Shown: positions 49,215-59,327 of the stretch, piece after piece | How positions within the stretch are numbered: the first letter of the stretch is position 1 | Layout: each line of letters starts with the position of its first letter | DNA from: Candidatus Norongarragalinales archaeon | GTDB taxonomy: Archaea > Micrarchaeota > Micrarchaeia > Norongarragalinales > Norongarragalinaceae | Reading direction: 5' to 3' | DNA length: 64,000 nt | Assembly (NCBI GenBank): GCA_038884755.1 | Contig: JAWABJ010000001.1 | Span: forward strand, 608,001 to 672,000 | Made by a program: the position numbers and the translations under genes | The notes under the pieces: model-generated | What the model was told of the DNA's origin: nothing | Databases searched by the model: none | Seen by the model: only the letters and a program-made list of their open reading frames with translations

Positions 49215-49961
49215 ATGATAAAACTCAACGTTTTCCCCTTGGATTTGGAGTACGACGATTCCGAAAAAAAACTTTACTTCGAGGGAGTCGAACTTTCGCC
49301 GAACGTGCGCACTCTCGGCGAAATGTCGAGCGTGGTTTTAGACAAGGTTTTTTTCGAGAAAGCCGACAAGAAACGCATTCAGTACTACATGTTCAGGGAG
49401 ATTGCGAAGAAAGGCGACGTCGAGCTTTTCAAAACCCCGCCTTTGGAATTGTCTTACGACATTACGGTGATTCCCACGCTCGATTTGGGGAGGGAGTTCA
49501 ACAAAACCCTGGGGCATTACCACCCGAAAAGCCCGTTTGGAGCGCGTTATGCCGAGATTTACGAAGTGCTCGAGGGTGAAGGGCATTACTTGCTGCAACG
49601 CCTTGATGAAAAAACGGGAAACGTTGACGACGTCATGCTTGTGATAGCGAAGAAAGGCGACAAAGTGGTAGTGCCGAACGGCTATGGGCACATTTCCATA
49701 AACCCCAGTTCGAAAACACTGGTTTCCGCAAACATCACGGGCGTTTTCAAGAGCGAGTACGACCCTTACAGGCTCAAGGGCGGAGGGGCTTATTACGAAT
49801 TGATAGACGATTCGCTTTCTCCCAACGAAAACTACGCGAACCTTCCGCTCATTAAAACGGTCGACGCCATGGACTTGCCTTTGAACCAGCAGTTCGACGG
49901 CGACAACATTTACGCGCAGTTCGTCGAAAACCCGACGAAGTTCGACTTCCTGAAAAAGTGA
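49215..49961 (+). CDS. cupin-type glucose-6-phosphate isomerase family protein
   Basis: YYMFR, YDITVIP, EFNKTLGHYH, EIYEVLEGEG, VPNGYGHISIN. Confidence 0.9.
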   Translation: MIKLNVFPLDLEYDDSEKKLYFEGVELSPNVRTLGEMSSVVLDKVFFEKADKKRIQYYMFREIAKKGDVELFKTPPLELSYDITVIPTLDLGREFNKTLGHYHPKSPFGARYAEIYEVLEGEGHYLLQRLDEKTGNVDDVMLVIAKKGDKVVVPNGYGHISINPSSKTLVSANITGVFKSEYDPYRLKGGGAYYELIDDSLSPNENYANLPLIKTVDAMDLPLNQQFDGDNIYAQFVENPTKFDFLKK

Positions 49962-49974
49962 TTGCCCGGCACAA

Positions 49975-51936
49975 TCATCTTCGCGCGAGGATGAGGAAAA
50001 CAAGCAGCAAACCCAAAATCGAAAGGCCCATTGCCGCGTAATCGTACCACGGTTTTTCAAAACGCAGCACGACTTTCTCTCCCCGCTCGACCCCTTCCAC
50101 CGCGACAAGCCCTCCTGCGGCTTCAAGCACGCGCAATTCTTTTCCGTTAGAGTAAGCTTTCCAAAGCGGGTAGTGCATTACCGAAACGAAAGCGAAGCCG
50201 CTTTCGGGCGCGGTGAAAACGAGTTCCCTCGCGCGTTCGTCAAACTCTGTTTCGAAAGCGACTCCTTCCTCAGAAGACGCCAAGCGCAACGCCTCGCTCG
50301 CGTTTTTTTCGTCGACAGAGTAATCCGAGCTTGCAGGTTTGGTTTTAGGAAGGGTGAAAACCTTGGAAAGCGGCTCGAACGAATGGCTGGAAACAAGCTC
50401 CCTCTCGAAAAACTCTTCCGCATCGTCCAAGTCAAGCAAAACGCCTTGGGAAACGAAGCCGCCGACGCCAGGCGCTTCGTAAGTGATGACGTTGTTGCGC
50501 TGCTGCACGAGCACGAAGCGCACGTCTAGCAAGACCAGCTTGTTTTCGAACGAAACGGTGCCGTTGGAAAAGCCCAACCCGCTCACGAACGCTGAATACT
50601 CGGGATTGAGCCGCTCTGGGGGGTCGTAAAGCGTGGTGGAATTGCCGGAAAGCGAGACGAGCAGAACGTCGTCCTGCAAGTTCTGTCCTACAGTCAAAAA
50701 CCGCCCTCCCCCGCCCCTGTAATCCAAAACCGAGTAGTAGTAGGAAATTACTGGAGCTACGGGAAAAGAGTATGACGGCGCGGGAATCGCCAGGGGGTTC
50801 AAATCCAATGCTATTGCCATCGTTACGAGCGCAATTGCAAACCAGCGGGGCAAATCGACGTTCGAAAACCGCGCTTCTATCGCGCGCGACGCGAAGCCGG
50901 CTGCCAGTGCGGCGAAAAAACTCAGGAAAAAAGCGGGTCTGGACAGCGTTTGGTTCAACGGCGACAGCGCTTGCGGGAAAAGCGTGTCGAGCAAAAAGAA
51001 AGCCAACAACGCTAAAATGGCGTGAGAGTGGGGCGTTTTTTCCTTAAGCGCGCGGTAAAAGAAAACTGCGCAAAGCGCGGCCACGCTGAAGCCCAAGTAA
51101 AGCGAGTGCACGGTTTCCAGAGAAAACTCGCGCTGGAACAAGCTAACCGCAATATCCACGGGATTCACATTGCCCGCGCCGGAAGGCAGGTAGCGCGCCA
51201 AGTGCGTTTCCCGGAATTCGAACAAAAACGGCAGGAGAAAGAAGGACGAGGCGAGGATTGCGATTGCAATAGCCAAAGCCAATCGCTTTAAACCTTCGGC
51301 CGCCGCAAAACCGGAGCGCGTCAAGAAAACCCACGCGAAAGAAATGAAAATGAAATACGCGGCCGAAAGCGGGTGGGTGGAAAGGGCAACGGCAAAGAGG
51401 ATTGAAAGCGCGGCCAACGCCTTTCTTTCAAATTTTTGCGAAAGGCTTTCGGCGCATAACAGAATCCAAGGAAGGAGGGCGTAAGCGAAAACGCGCGTCA
51501 ACGAGCCCCACAATCTAGCTTCCACTGCCAACGGAAAGCTAAGCAACGCCGCCAAGGCCGCAACGAACGCAAAACGACCTTGCAAACCAAGCTTTTTCGC
51601 GAGGAAAAAAACTCCCGAGGCGAGGAGGAAGTATGAAACGAAAACTAGGAACGAAAGAGAATTCCAGACTCCCATCACAACCGCGAACGCACCGCTCAGG
51701 AAGTAAAAAAAAGGCGGGTAGGTGCGCGAGAAAACGCTGTTGGTGAAAAAATCGAAGGAAAAATCGAAATTCCCGCTTTCAAACTGGTGTTGGGCAAACC
51801 AAGTGCCGTAAGCGTGAAAGCCTATGTCGGTCCCCAAATTCGCTGGAATGCTTTGCTCGCCCTTCCAAGCGCTCGTGGCAAAAAGGCACGCTATCGAAAG
51901 CAAGAGTAGAAAAAACGCGCTTTCGTTCCATTCCAC
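49975..51936 (-). CDS. polytopic membrane glycosyltransferase-like protein (GT-C / YfhO-like)
   Basis: D..FH, YPPFFY, many TMs, C-terminal HYPLWKAYSNGKEL..V.LRFEKPW plus TM. Confidence 0.75.
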   Translation of the reverse strand: MEWNESAFFLLLLSIACLFATSAWKGEQSIPANLGTDIGFHAYGTWFAQHQFESGNFDFSFDFFTNSVFSRTYPPFFYFLSGAFAVVMGVWNSLSFLVFVSYFLLASGVFFLAKKLGLQGRFAFVAALAALLSFPLAVEARLWGSLTRVFAYALLPWILLCAESLSQKFERKALAALSILFAVALSTHPLSAAYFIFISFAWVFLTRSGFAAAEGLKRLALAIAIAILASSFFLLPFLFEFRETHLARYLPSGAGNVNPVDIAVSLFQREFSLETVHSLYLGFSVAALCAVFFYRALKEKTPHSHAILALLAFFLLDTLFPQALSPLNQTLSRPAFFLSFFAALAAGFASRAIEARFSNVDLPRWFAIALVTMAIALDLNPLAIPAPSYSFPVAPVISYYYSVLDYRGGGGRFLTVGQNLQDDVLLVSLSGNSTTLYDPPERLNPEYSAFVSGLGFSNGTVSFENKLVLLDVRFVLVQQRNNVITYEAPGVGGFVSQGVLLDLDDAEEFFERELVSSHSFEPLSKVFTLPKTKPASSDYSVDEKNASEALRLASSEEGVAFETEFDERARELVFTAPESGFAFVSVMHYPLWKAYSNGKELRVLEAAGGLVAVEGVERGEKVVLRFEKPWYDYAAMGLSILGLLLVFLILARR

Positions 51937-51950
51937 CGCAAAAGCCCTTT

Positions 51951-53600
51951 TTACATGTCCATGCCGGGACCGCCCGCTCCGCCCCCGCCAGGAGGCATTG
52001 CAGGCGCCTTGCCCTTGGAAGCGATTATGTCGTCAATGCGCAAAATCATTTCAGCGGCTTCGCTCGCAGACTGCATCGCCTGTTTCTTCACGCGAACCGG
52101 CTCTATGATTCCCAAATCACCCAAATCGTGGACGCGCGCCTTGTAAACGTCTATTCCCAAGCCGGAGTTTTTCTTCTCGTGCTTGCTGCGCAAGTCCACG
52201 ATAGTGTCAATGGGGTCCAGACCACAAGACTCGGCCAAAGCACGTGGAATCACTTCCAGCGCTTCGGCGAAAGCGTGAATGGCCAGCTGCTCCCTTCCAC
52301 CGACTTCAACCGCGTATTTGCGAAGGCGCATCGCCAACTCCATTTCAGTGCTGCCCCCGCCAGTCACGTACTTGCCATCCTCAACCGCAGACTTGACAGA
52401 GCCTATGGCGTCAACCAACGCCCGTTCAGCCTCGTCGACAACATGCTGCGTGCCCCCGCGAACCAAAAGCGTAACGCTTTTCGGGTCCTTGCACTTTTCT
52501 ACGAAAACCATTTGCTCGCCCGCGACCTTGCGCTCTTCAACCAGCCCGGCGTGGCCCAAATCCTTGGTCCCGAGGTCGTCGAGAGTGGTTACAATGCGGG
52601 CGCCAGTAGCGCGAACGAGCTTTTCCATGTCGCTCTTTTTCACGCGCCTTGCGGAAAGTATTCCTTTCTTGGCGAGATAGTGCTGCGCAACGTCATCAAT
52701 GCCCTTCTGGCACATGAGCACGTTCGCTCCGGAAGCCGCGATCTTGTCCACCATTGCCCTGAGCATTTTCTCTTCCTGCTCCAAAAACGCGGTCATCTGC
52801 TCCGGCGAGGTTATGGAAATCCGCGCGTCAGTCTCAGTCTTTTCTATCTCCAACGCCGCGTCGAGCAAAGCGATTTTAGCGTTCTCGATTTTTTTGGGCA
52901 TTCCCGGGTGCACCACTTCCTTGTCGATGAGCACTCCGTTTATGAGGTTGGTCTGCATTACGTCCCCGCCCTGCTTTTTCTCTAGCTTAATGTAATCCTT
53001 GTCCACAGTAATCTTGCCGGCGCTTTCAACTGCAACTTGCGTTACCGCGTCTACAACCATTTTCGCGAGAAAATTGCGGGCTTCGCCAGCTGAAACCGTT
53101 TTGCTCCCCATGGAAACAGCCGCGATTTTCTCGAGCGTAGCCTTGTCTTTCAAGCCCACGGTTTGCGAAACGGAATGCAATTCGTCAATCGCCTTTGCAG
53201 AAGCCATTTTGTAGCCCGCGATTATGGTCGAAGCGTGAATCGACTGGTCGAGCAAGTCTAACGCATTCTTCAAAAGCTCTCCCGAAAGCACGACAGCAGT
53301 AGTCGTCCCGTCGCCCACTTCCTCGTCCTGGGTTTTCGCGATTTCGACCATCATTTTTGCAGCAGGATGCTCCACGTTCATTTCCTGCAAAATCGTGGCG
53401 CCATCGTTCGTTATCACTATGTCGCCCATGTCTGAAACCATCATCTTATCCATTCCCCGCGGGCCTAGAGTCGTTTTGACTGCCGAAGCCACGGCATACG
53501 CCACGGCAATATTCGTCCTTTGCGCATCCCTTCCCAATAGCCTTGAAGAGCCTTCCGGCAACACCAAAACGTTTTGTCCGTTAATTTGTCCTTGAGTCAT
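51951..53600 (-). CDS. ths: thermosome (group II chaperonin) subunit
   Basis: [37 protein letters not shown], Gly/Met tail. Confidence 0.97.
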   Translation of the reverse strand: MTQGQINGQNVLVLPEGSSRLLGRDAQRTNIAVAYAVASAVKTTLGPRGMDKMMVSDMGDIVITNDGATILQEMNVEHPAAKMMVEIAKTQDEEVGDGTTTAVVLSGELLKNALDLLDQSIHASTIIAGYKMASAKAIDELHSVSQTVGLKDKATLEKIAAVSMGSKTVSAGEARNFLAKMVVDAVTQVAVESAGKITVDKDYIKLEKKQGGDVMQTNLINGVLIDKEVVHPGMPKKIENAKIALLDAALEIEKTETDARISITSPEQMTAFLEQEEKMLRAMVDKIAASGANVLMCQKGIDDVAQHYLAKKGILSARRVKKSDMEKLVRATGARIVTTLDDLGTKDLGHAGLVEERKVAGEQMVFVEKCKDPKSVTLLVRGGTQHVVDEAERALVDAIGSVKSAVEDGKYVTGGGSTEMELAMRLRKYAVEVGGREQLAIHAFAEALEVIPRALAESCGLDPIDTIVDLRSKHEKKNSGLGIDVYKARVHDLGDLGIIEPVRVKKQAMQSASEAAEMILRIDDIIASKGKAPAMPPGGGGAGGPGMDM

Positions 53601-53729
53601 ACCACATCCACCTCTCTTGAAAAAGCATTGATACGATTAGAAACCGCAACTACGCTGTAGCAAAAAGCGATTGCCTGAGAATTGACCTTCCATATTTATA
53701 CGCGCAAAGTGTCTTTTAAAAATTTCGGT

Positions 53730-55445
53730 TCAGGTCCTTTTGCTCCTCGCTTCGATGACCTTCCGCTTGCCCTCGATTTCCTTGTCATCTATTTTCTTGA
53801 ACAGGATTTCTGGCTCCCCCAGCGTGTGCCCGCTCTTCAAACCCAATTCCAAGGCATCATCCCACTCCACGCCTTCGAACCTCACGTTCAACTGCGAAAA
53901 AATCCGCCTGGAGGTGAACGGCACGAACGGCTCGAGGATTATCGCGATGCTACGCAGCGCGTTCGCAGTGAGAAAAACGCAGGTTTTCGCTTTTTCGGGA
54001 TCAGTTTTGATAGCATGCCACGGCGCGGAGTCGTTGAAGTACTTGTTTGCCTCGCGGGCGAGGCCTACGGCGCAATGCAACGCTTCCTGAAGCTTGTACG
54101 CCAAAAGCAGTTCACGCGTTTTCTTTACGCTATCCGCAATGGTTTTCTTGAACGCCTTGTCGCCCTCGTCAAGCTTTTTCGAAACGGGGATTTTCGAGCC
54201 GTAGTTGTTTTTCGCGAAAACTAGGCAGCGTTGAAGCAAGTTACCCAGCGTGTCGGCCAAATCGCCGTTGACGCGTGTTTGAAACTCGCTCCAGAAAAAG
54301 TTGGTGTCGCTGTGCTCTGGCAGGATGGATAGGAGATAATAACGCCAGTAATCCGCTGGAAACCAGTCCAGCGCCTCGTCCGTAAAAATGCCCCACTTGC
54401 GAGACGTAGAGAATTTTTCGCCTTCGTAATTCAAGAATTCGACACTCTTTACCTGGTAAGGGAGTACGGCGTATTCCGACGCGAAAAGCACCGCCGGCCA
54501 CGTCACCGTGTGAAACGCAATATTGTCTTTCCCAAGAAAATGGATTATTTTCGATTGCGGACCACGCCAGTACTCCTCCCACCTTGCGCTTTCCCCTTTC
54601 TCGTCGAAAAGCTGTTTTGTAATCGAGATATAGCCTATGGGCGCGTCGAACCAAACGTAGAAAACCTTGTCTTCGTACCCTTTCAGCGGCACGCGCACTC
54701 CCCACTGCAAATCGCGCGTTATGCAACGCTCCCGCAAGCCTTCGCGAATCCACTGCAGCGCGAAGTTTCTCGCGTTGGAAGGCCACTGCTTTTGCTTTTC
54801 AATCCACTTGCGCAGTGGCTCGCTGACTTTCGGAAGGTCGAGAAACAAGTGCCTGCTCTCGCGGAAGTCGATGTTGTTTTTTCCGCAAATAACGCACGAT
54901 GGGTTCAAAAGCTCTATCGGGTCGAGGACCTTGCCGCATTTTTCGCACTGGTCGCCCTTGGCGTAAGGGTAAGCGCAATGCGGGCACTTGCCGGCCACGT
55001 ACCTATCCGGTAAAAACCGCTTGTCGGTCAGGCAAAACGGAAGCTTCAGGGTTTTTTCCGCAATCAACCCCTTCGCATGCAAGCGCTTGAACACTTCCTG
55101 TGTGGTCTCGTGGTTTTGTTTTGCGCTGGTACGCCCGAAGTAATCAAAACGCAATCCCCACTTTTCGTATATGCCGCGCTGGATTTCGTAGTACTTGTTG
55201 ACGTAATCGCGAATGGGCGTTTTCTCTTCGAGAGCTGCGACTTCGCAGGCGGTCCCGTGCTCGTCCGTCCCGCATACGAAAATCACGTCTTCGCCCTGCA
55301 AGCGTAAAAAACGCGCGTAAACGTCGGCGGGAAGCATGCTTCCCAGTAGGTTGCCCAAATGCTTTACCCCGTTGACGTAAGGCAACGCGCTCGTGACAAC
55401 TATCTTTTCCTTTGCTTTCGCCTTTCCCTTCAAGAAGCAAACCAC
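53730..55445 (-). CDS. metG: methionyl-tRNA synthetase
   Basis: TSALPYVNGVKHLGN, GTDEHG, Zn knuckles, YVWFDAPIGY, KFSTSR. Confidence 0.97.
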   Translation of the reverse strand: MVCFLKGKAKAKEKIVVTSALPYVNGVKHLGNLLGSMLPADVYARFLRLQGEDVIFVCGTDEHGTACEVAALEEKTPIRDYVNKYYEIQRGIYEKWGLRFDYFGRTSAKQNHETTQEVFKRLHAKGLIAEKTLKLPFCLTDKRFLPDRYVAGKCPHCAYPYAKGDQCEKCGKVLDPIELLNPSCVICGKNNIDFRESRHLFLDLPKVSEPLRKWIEKQKQWPSNARNFALQWIREGLRERCITRDLQWGVRVPLKGYEDKVFYVWFDAPIGYISITKQLFDEKGESARWEEYWRGPQSKIIHFLGKDNIAFHTVTWPAVLFASEYAVLPYQVKSVEFLNYEGEKFSTSRKWGIFTDEALDWFPADYWRYYLLSILPEHSDTNFFWSEFQTRVNGDLADTLGNLLQRCLVFAKNNYGSKIPVSKKLDEGDKAFKKTIADSVKKTRELLLAYKLQEALHCAVGLAREANKYFNDSAPWHAIKTDPEKAKTCVFLTANALRSIAIILEPFVPFTSRRIFSQLNVRFEGVEWDDALELGLKSGHTLGEPEILFKKIDDKEIEGKRKVIEARSKRT

Positions 55446-55628
55446 CGCTTATCGGCAAACGCAAAAAAATATGGAAAAACAAGGTTAAAAATGAGCGTCG
55501 GGATTGCGCGCAAGCGCTTCACAAAAAGGGGGGGGGAAGGCTTATGCAGAAATGCAGGAAATCTTTTGCTTCCAGCAAGGCTAAGAATGCATTTCTGCAG
55601 CTATAGAAGCCGGATGCCGGCTTCTATA

Positions 55629-55778
55629 TTATGCAGCCTTCTTCAAATCCTTGATTCTCTCTGCGACGCCCTTCGCCTCTTTTTCAAGAGACTCTTGGTA
55701 GTCCTCGAGCATCTCGATTTTCTCTTCCTTCGTCAGGAAGCCGCGCATGCCGTAGCACCCGCAGTCGTATCCACCCAT
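55629..55778 (-). CDS. DUF5320-like small coiled-coil protein
   Basis: Below ORF cutoff: MGGYDCGCYGMRGFLTKEEKIEMLEDYQESLEKEAKGVAERIKDLKKAA*; SD GGAGGTG. Confidence 0.8.
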   Translation of the reverse strand: MGGYDCGCYGMRGFLTKEEKIEMLEDYQESLEKEAKGVAERIKDLKKAA

Positions 55779-55800
55779 TTTGCACACCTCCCTATTTTGT

Positions 55801-55856
55801 TATCGGACATACGATATACAGCAAAACGCATATTTAAATATATCGGTCGTCCAATA
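55801..55856. promoter_or_regulatory. two TATCG-N6-C(G/A)ATA operator-like boxes flanking a TATA box
   Basis: Boxes at 55801-55816 and 55841-55856; TTTAAATA at 55833-55840; between divergent PadR and DUF5320-like genes. Confidence 0.65.
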
Positions 55857-55861
55857 CGTTT

Positions 55862-56164
55862 ATGGGAAAAACCGATGCTTGCTGTGACATGCGGGGGATG
55901 CTGTCGTTCTTGTTGCTGTTCTTGATTTCGAAAAAGCCCATGCACGGGAAGGAAATAGCTGACGAGCTGGAGCGCAGGAAGGGAGAAAGGCCGAGCCCTG
56001 GAACCATTTACCCCGCACTGAAGGCTTTGAAGCAATCGGGGTTCGTGAAGGAGAAGAAATCGGGCAAGACGATTACGTATACCATTACCGACAGCGGGAA
56101 GCGGGCGTTGAAGGTTTCGAGGGATAGGTTTTGCAGGACGTTCGTAGAAGTTTTCGAGGCATGA
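55862..56164 (+). CDS. PadR family transcriptional regulator
   Basis: LISKKPMHGKEI, PSPGTIYPALK.L, YTITDSGK. Confidence 0.93.
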   Translation: MGKTDACCDMRGMLSFLLLFLISKKPMHGKEIADELERRKGERPSPGTIYPALKALKQSGFVKEKKSGKTITYTITDSGKRALKVSRDRFCRTFVEVFEA

Positions 56165-56170
56165 GGTATC

Positions 56171-56440
56171 ATGAGCGAAGCAACCGAATTAAGAAAGGAA
56201 ATAGGAAAGCTCAAGGAGAGGAACACCAAAGTAGAGGCGGACAAGGCTTGGGAAACGAGCTGGGCGAGAAAACTCTTGATTTTCGTGCTTACGTATTTGG
56301 CTATGGTCGTTTATTTTCAAGCAACGGGACTTCCGAATCCGCTCGTCAATTCCTTTGTGCCAGCATTGGCTTTCGTCATTTCCACCCTAAGCCTGCCTTT
56401 CTTCAAGAAACACTGGACTGAAAGAATTTACAGAAAGTAA
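56171..56440 (+). CDS. small membrane protein
   Basis: ERNTKVEADKAWETSWARK plus two TMs. Confidence 0.75.
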   Translation: MSEATELRKEIGKLKERNTKVEADKAWETSWARKLLIFVLTYLAMVVYFQATGLPNPLVNSFVPALAFVISTLSLPFFKKHWTERIYRK

Positions 56441-56442
56441 AA

Positions 56443-56583
56443 TGCTCCGCCCGGGATTCGAACCCGGGTTGCTGGCTGTCCATACGGCCTTTCTTTTTTC
56501 GTCGAGGTTTTTTCTTTCCGCGAAAGAAAAAAAAAAGGTCGTTTGAAAGGCCAGCGTCCTGGACCGGACTAGACGAGCGGAGC
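56443..56583 (-). tRNA. tRNA-Glu(UUC) with 66-nt intron at 37/38 (56543-56478)
   Basis: GCTCCGC/GCGGAGC acceptor stem, CTGGC-CT TTC A|A-GCCAG, GTTCGAATC. Confidence 0.92.
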
Positions 56584-56626
56584 TCTTCTAGCATTAGGGA
56601 ATAGAAAGAATTTGCTCGCGCGGGTT

Positions 56627-57289
56627 TTAAATGATTTTTCTTTCGCGAAGTTTCGAGAAGACGAGCATGGAAACCTCTTCCTTGCCTTTTAGCCTCCCGT
56701 TTTCCATGCATTTTATGACGAGCCAGTGTTTTTCCTTCGCCAAACGCAGGTAGTTGTCGTAGACGGCGTTCGCGTAAAAAGCGTCTTTCTCGTGAATGTC
56801 TTTCTTGACCCCGCGAATCTTGTTCTTCCTTTTTTCAATCAGCCTTCCGCTTTGGACCGGCGGAACGTCGAGAAATATTACTATATCGGCTTTAGGCAAC
56901 CCTTGCTCCACGCGTTCTATCCACTCGAGCATTCTTCTTCTTCGTTCTGCAGTAAGCCCCGCCGTCTGGTAAGCTAGGTTGGCTTGCGTATACCGGTCTA
57001 AAACGACGATGAAGCCTTTCCGCAAGTAATCTTCAATTTCGCCTTTGCGTGAATACCGGTCCAAAGCGTAAAGCAGCGAGGCAAAGTGCTTTGAAACTTT
57101 CCCTCGCCCCCCAAATTTTCCCTTCAAGTAAAGCGCGATTAGCTTTCCCACGGGAGTGGCGTAAGAAGGAAAGTCCATCAAAACCGCTTTCTTTCCCGAG
57201 CGCTTGAGGTTTTTCACCAAAAGCTCTGCTTGCGTTTTCTTGCCCGAAGCGTCAATGCCTTCGAAAACGATTAAAGCCACTGAACCCAC
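56627..57289 (-). CDS. tmk: thymidylate kinase
   Basis: IVFEGIDASGKKTQ, FPSY, LLYALDR, LDRY..ANLAYQ, DIHE. Confidence 0.95.
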   Translation of the reverse strand: MGSVALIVFEGIDASGKKTQAELLVKNLKRSGKKAVLMDFPSYATPVGKLIALYLKGKFGGRGKVSKHFASLLYALDRYSRKGEIEDYLRKGFIVVLDRYTQANLAYQTAGLTAERRRRMLEWIERVEQGLPKADIVIFLDVPPVQSGRLIEKRKNKIRGVKKDIHEKDAFYANAVYDNYLRLAKEKHWLVIKCMENGRLKGKEEVSMLVFSKLRERKII

Positions 57290-57299
57290 CGTTGGAAAA

Positions 57300-57854
57300 C
57301 TATCTTATGAAATTGCGCAGCACTGATGCCGCGAAGGGAATAAGGATGTTGTCGTCTACCTTCAAGTCCACGCTTTCGACTACTGCCAGCAAAAGCGAGT
57401 ATATAACGGCGTTTTGCAGGCCCAAAAAAAACATTGACGAAGCGACGCCCGCTAGGATGAAAGCGCCAAGTCCGTCCCAGGTCTTATTCTTGTTGAACGG
57501 AAGCGGGCGCGTGCCTGAAACGCCGACGAGCGTGGCGAAACCGTCTCCGAAAGCTAGAATTGCAAGGATTCCCATCGCGAAGTTGAAGTCAACCGCGGAA
57601 AACAGGAACAGGGCGCCTGCCACGTACGTGAGTCCGCCGCGCGCGGGAATGCGCTCGCGCCTGTCGAAGGTTTCCAGCATGAAGTCTATGAACTTGTTCC
57701 TCCACCCTTCGATTTTAAGCTGCACGAACATCAAGCCCAAAAGCAGGATTATTCCCAAAAGCAGTATGGTCAAGTCGCGGCCTGCAAAGTTGGCTATGAA
57801 CAAAAGCATGGTTCCGAAGAGCATGTGCAAAATCTGTCGTCCCAGTTCCACCAT
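57300..57854 (-). CDS. dolichol/phytol kinase-like (CTP-dependent polyprenol kinase)
   Basis: ELGRQILH, FGDGFATLVG, NKNKTWDG, DDNILIP. Confidence 0.85.
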   Translation of the reverse strand: MVELGRQILHMLFGTMLLFIANFAGRDLTILLLGIILLLGLMFVQLKIEGWRNKFIDFMLETFDRRERIPARGGLTYVAGALFLFSAVDFNFAMGILAILAFGDGFATLVGVSGTRPLPFNKNKTWDGLGAFILAGVASSMFFLGLQNAVIYSLLLAVVESVDLKVDDNILIPFAASVLRNFIR

Positions 57855-57867
57855 TCGCAACACCGTT

Positions 57868-58380
57868 TCAGGCTACTTTCTTGTTCAACAGGTTTTCGTC
57901 CAGCATCTCGTCCAAGTCGAACTTCGCATCGCCGCCGTAAAACTTTTGCCAAATTTCGAAAACTGCAAGGTAAACCATTACAGCCAGAGCCACGCCTCCC
58001 GCAATCTGGTCGAGCGAGTGGACGCCGAGCCAAACCCTTGACAGCGATATTATTACGGACAAGAAAAACAACGGGAGGAATAGGGACGTTCCTATCGCGC
58101 CCATGGCTAGGGCGGTTGTTGCTACGGCGTGCGTGGAGGGGAAGCCTTCGGAAGAAGGGCAGGGAATCTGACCGTTGCCCGCGATTTCACAAGGGCGTGG
58201 TTGGTCGAAAAAAGCTTTCAGGCCCACGCCCAGCGCCAAAGCCAAGACCAGCGAAATGACGAAAACCTTCTGGTTTTTGGCGAAAAAAAACACTAGAAGG
58301 AAGGCGACTGCAGCGTAGGCAAGGAAACCCCAAGTGCTGTGGAAGAAAAGCCCTATGGAATTGAAAACGGAGGTTAACAT
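57868..58380 (-). CDS. PAP2 family lipid phosphatase
   Basis: LK..FDQPRP, FPSTHA, SRVWLGVHSLDQI.GG. Confidence 0.9.
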   Translation of the reverse strand: MLTSVFNSIGLFFHSTWGFLAYAAVAFLLVFFFAKNQKVFVISLVLALALGVGLKAFFDQPRPCEIAGNGQIPCPSSEGFPSTHAVATTALAMGAIGTSLFLPLFFLSVIISLSRVWLGVHSLDQIAGGVALAVMVYLAVFEIWQKFYGGDAKFDLDEMLDENLLNKKVA

Positions 58381-58460
58381 GAGAAATCTCGAAAGGACTT
58401 AAGAAAACAAGGCTTTTTAGTCTTGCGAAAGCAAAAAAGTTTTGAAGAAAATACCTATAC

Positions 58461-58550
58461 GCCGGAGTAGCTCAGTTGGTTAGAGCGCTAGACTCATAAG
58501 CGCAACGCTGTGAAACCTAGAGGTCGGGTGTTCAATTCTCCCCTCCGGCA
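58461..58550 (+). tRNA. tRNA-Met(CAU), elongator type, 16-nt intron at 37/38 (58499-58514)
   Basis: GCCGGAG/CTCCGGC acceptor stem, CT CAT A|A loop, relaxed BHB; mismatches A31.C39 and one T-stem U.U. Confidence 0.88.
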
Positions 58551-58551
58551 T

Positions 58552-59316
58552 TCAACGCTTTTTCGCCACAGGCTTCATCAAAAGAAAATGCCTGTTTCCT
58601 TCAGAGTGGATGTAAATCCCGCGAAAGCCTTTCCAGTCCACGAACTTGTAGGCGGTTTCAAGCGGGTGCCCCTGCTCTTCGACCAACTCCAAAAGATAGT
58701 GCCTGCGCTGTTCGTTTAAATCGTGCAGTTGAGTTTTGACCGCGCTCAAGGTTTTGGTCTTATCCAAAGTAACCCGGTCCAAGCCCGCCAGTTTCGAAAC
58801 GTCCATCTCTTTCTGGGGAAAATTCAGCCGCCCGCGAATGTAAAAACGGTGTTCGCCGGGACCGTACCTGTTCGCAACCCAGTCTGCAACCCTGAACCCC
58901 TCGTGGTTTACGTTGACTACCAAAGACGGGATGTTGTGGGGGCTCATGGTGCTTTGCTTCGTTCGATTGCCGAGCATTTCCTTGATGCGGGCATGCATCA
59001 TCGTCGCTATCCCCAAACCGCGGTAGTCCCTGTGAACGCCGTTGAACAAAGTCAAAAACGAGTTTCCCTCGCCTTTCAACGCTATGTAAAAGCCGACAGG
59101 CGTTTTATCGTAAAAAGAAACCAAAACAATGCCCGGCCGTCCCAACTTAGGGTCGACTATCTGGAGCAACGCATCCTTACCCAGGTAAGGGTGTTTTTTT
59201 CTCTTGCCGCTCCTGCTCACGCTGGCGTGCAATTGAAGTTCTTCAAGCTGTTCCGCCAGCCTGTGCTCGTCAGGATGCAGTTCGCGAACCAAAATGTTTT
59301 CAGCGGGTTTTCTCAT
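58552..59316 (-). CDS. GNAT family acetyltransferase
   Basis: GVHRDYRGLGIAT acetyl-CoA motif, P.NIPSL, GF, YGPGEHRF. Confidence 0.75.
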   Translation of the reverse strand: MRKPAENILVRELHPDEHRLAEQLEELQLHASVSRSGKRKKHPYLGKDALLQIVDPKLGRPGIVLVSFYDKTPVGFYIALKGEGNSFLTLFNGVHRDYRGLGIATMMHARIKEMLGNRTKQSTMSPHNIPSLVVNVNHEGFRVADWVANRYGPGEHRFYIRGRLNFPQKEMDVSKLAGLDRVTLDKTKTLSAVKTQLHDLNEQRRHYLLELVEEQGHPLETAYKFVDWKGFRGIYIHSEGNRHFLLMKPVAKKR

Positions 59317-59327
59317 TCACACACCGT

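Noticed and set aside
48884..49218. K/R/F-rich ORFs on both strands
   Set aside because: They are translations of the tRNA-Arg intron hairpins.
58461..59316. Integrated element at tRNA-Met
   Set aside because: The GNAT gene abuts the tRNA, but no integrase or duplicated tRNA 3' end was seen.
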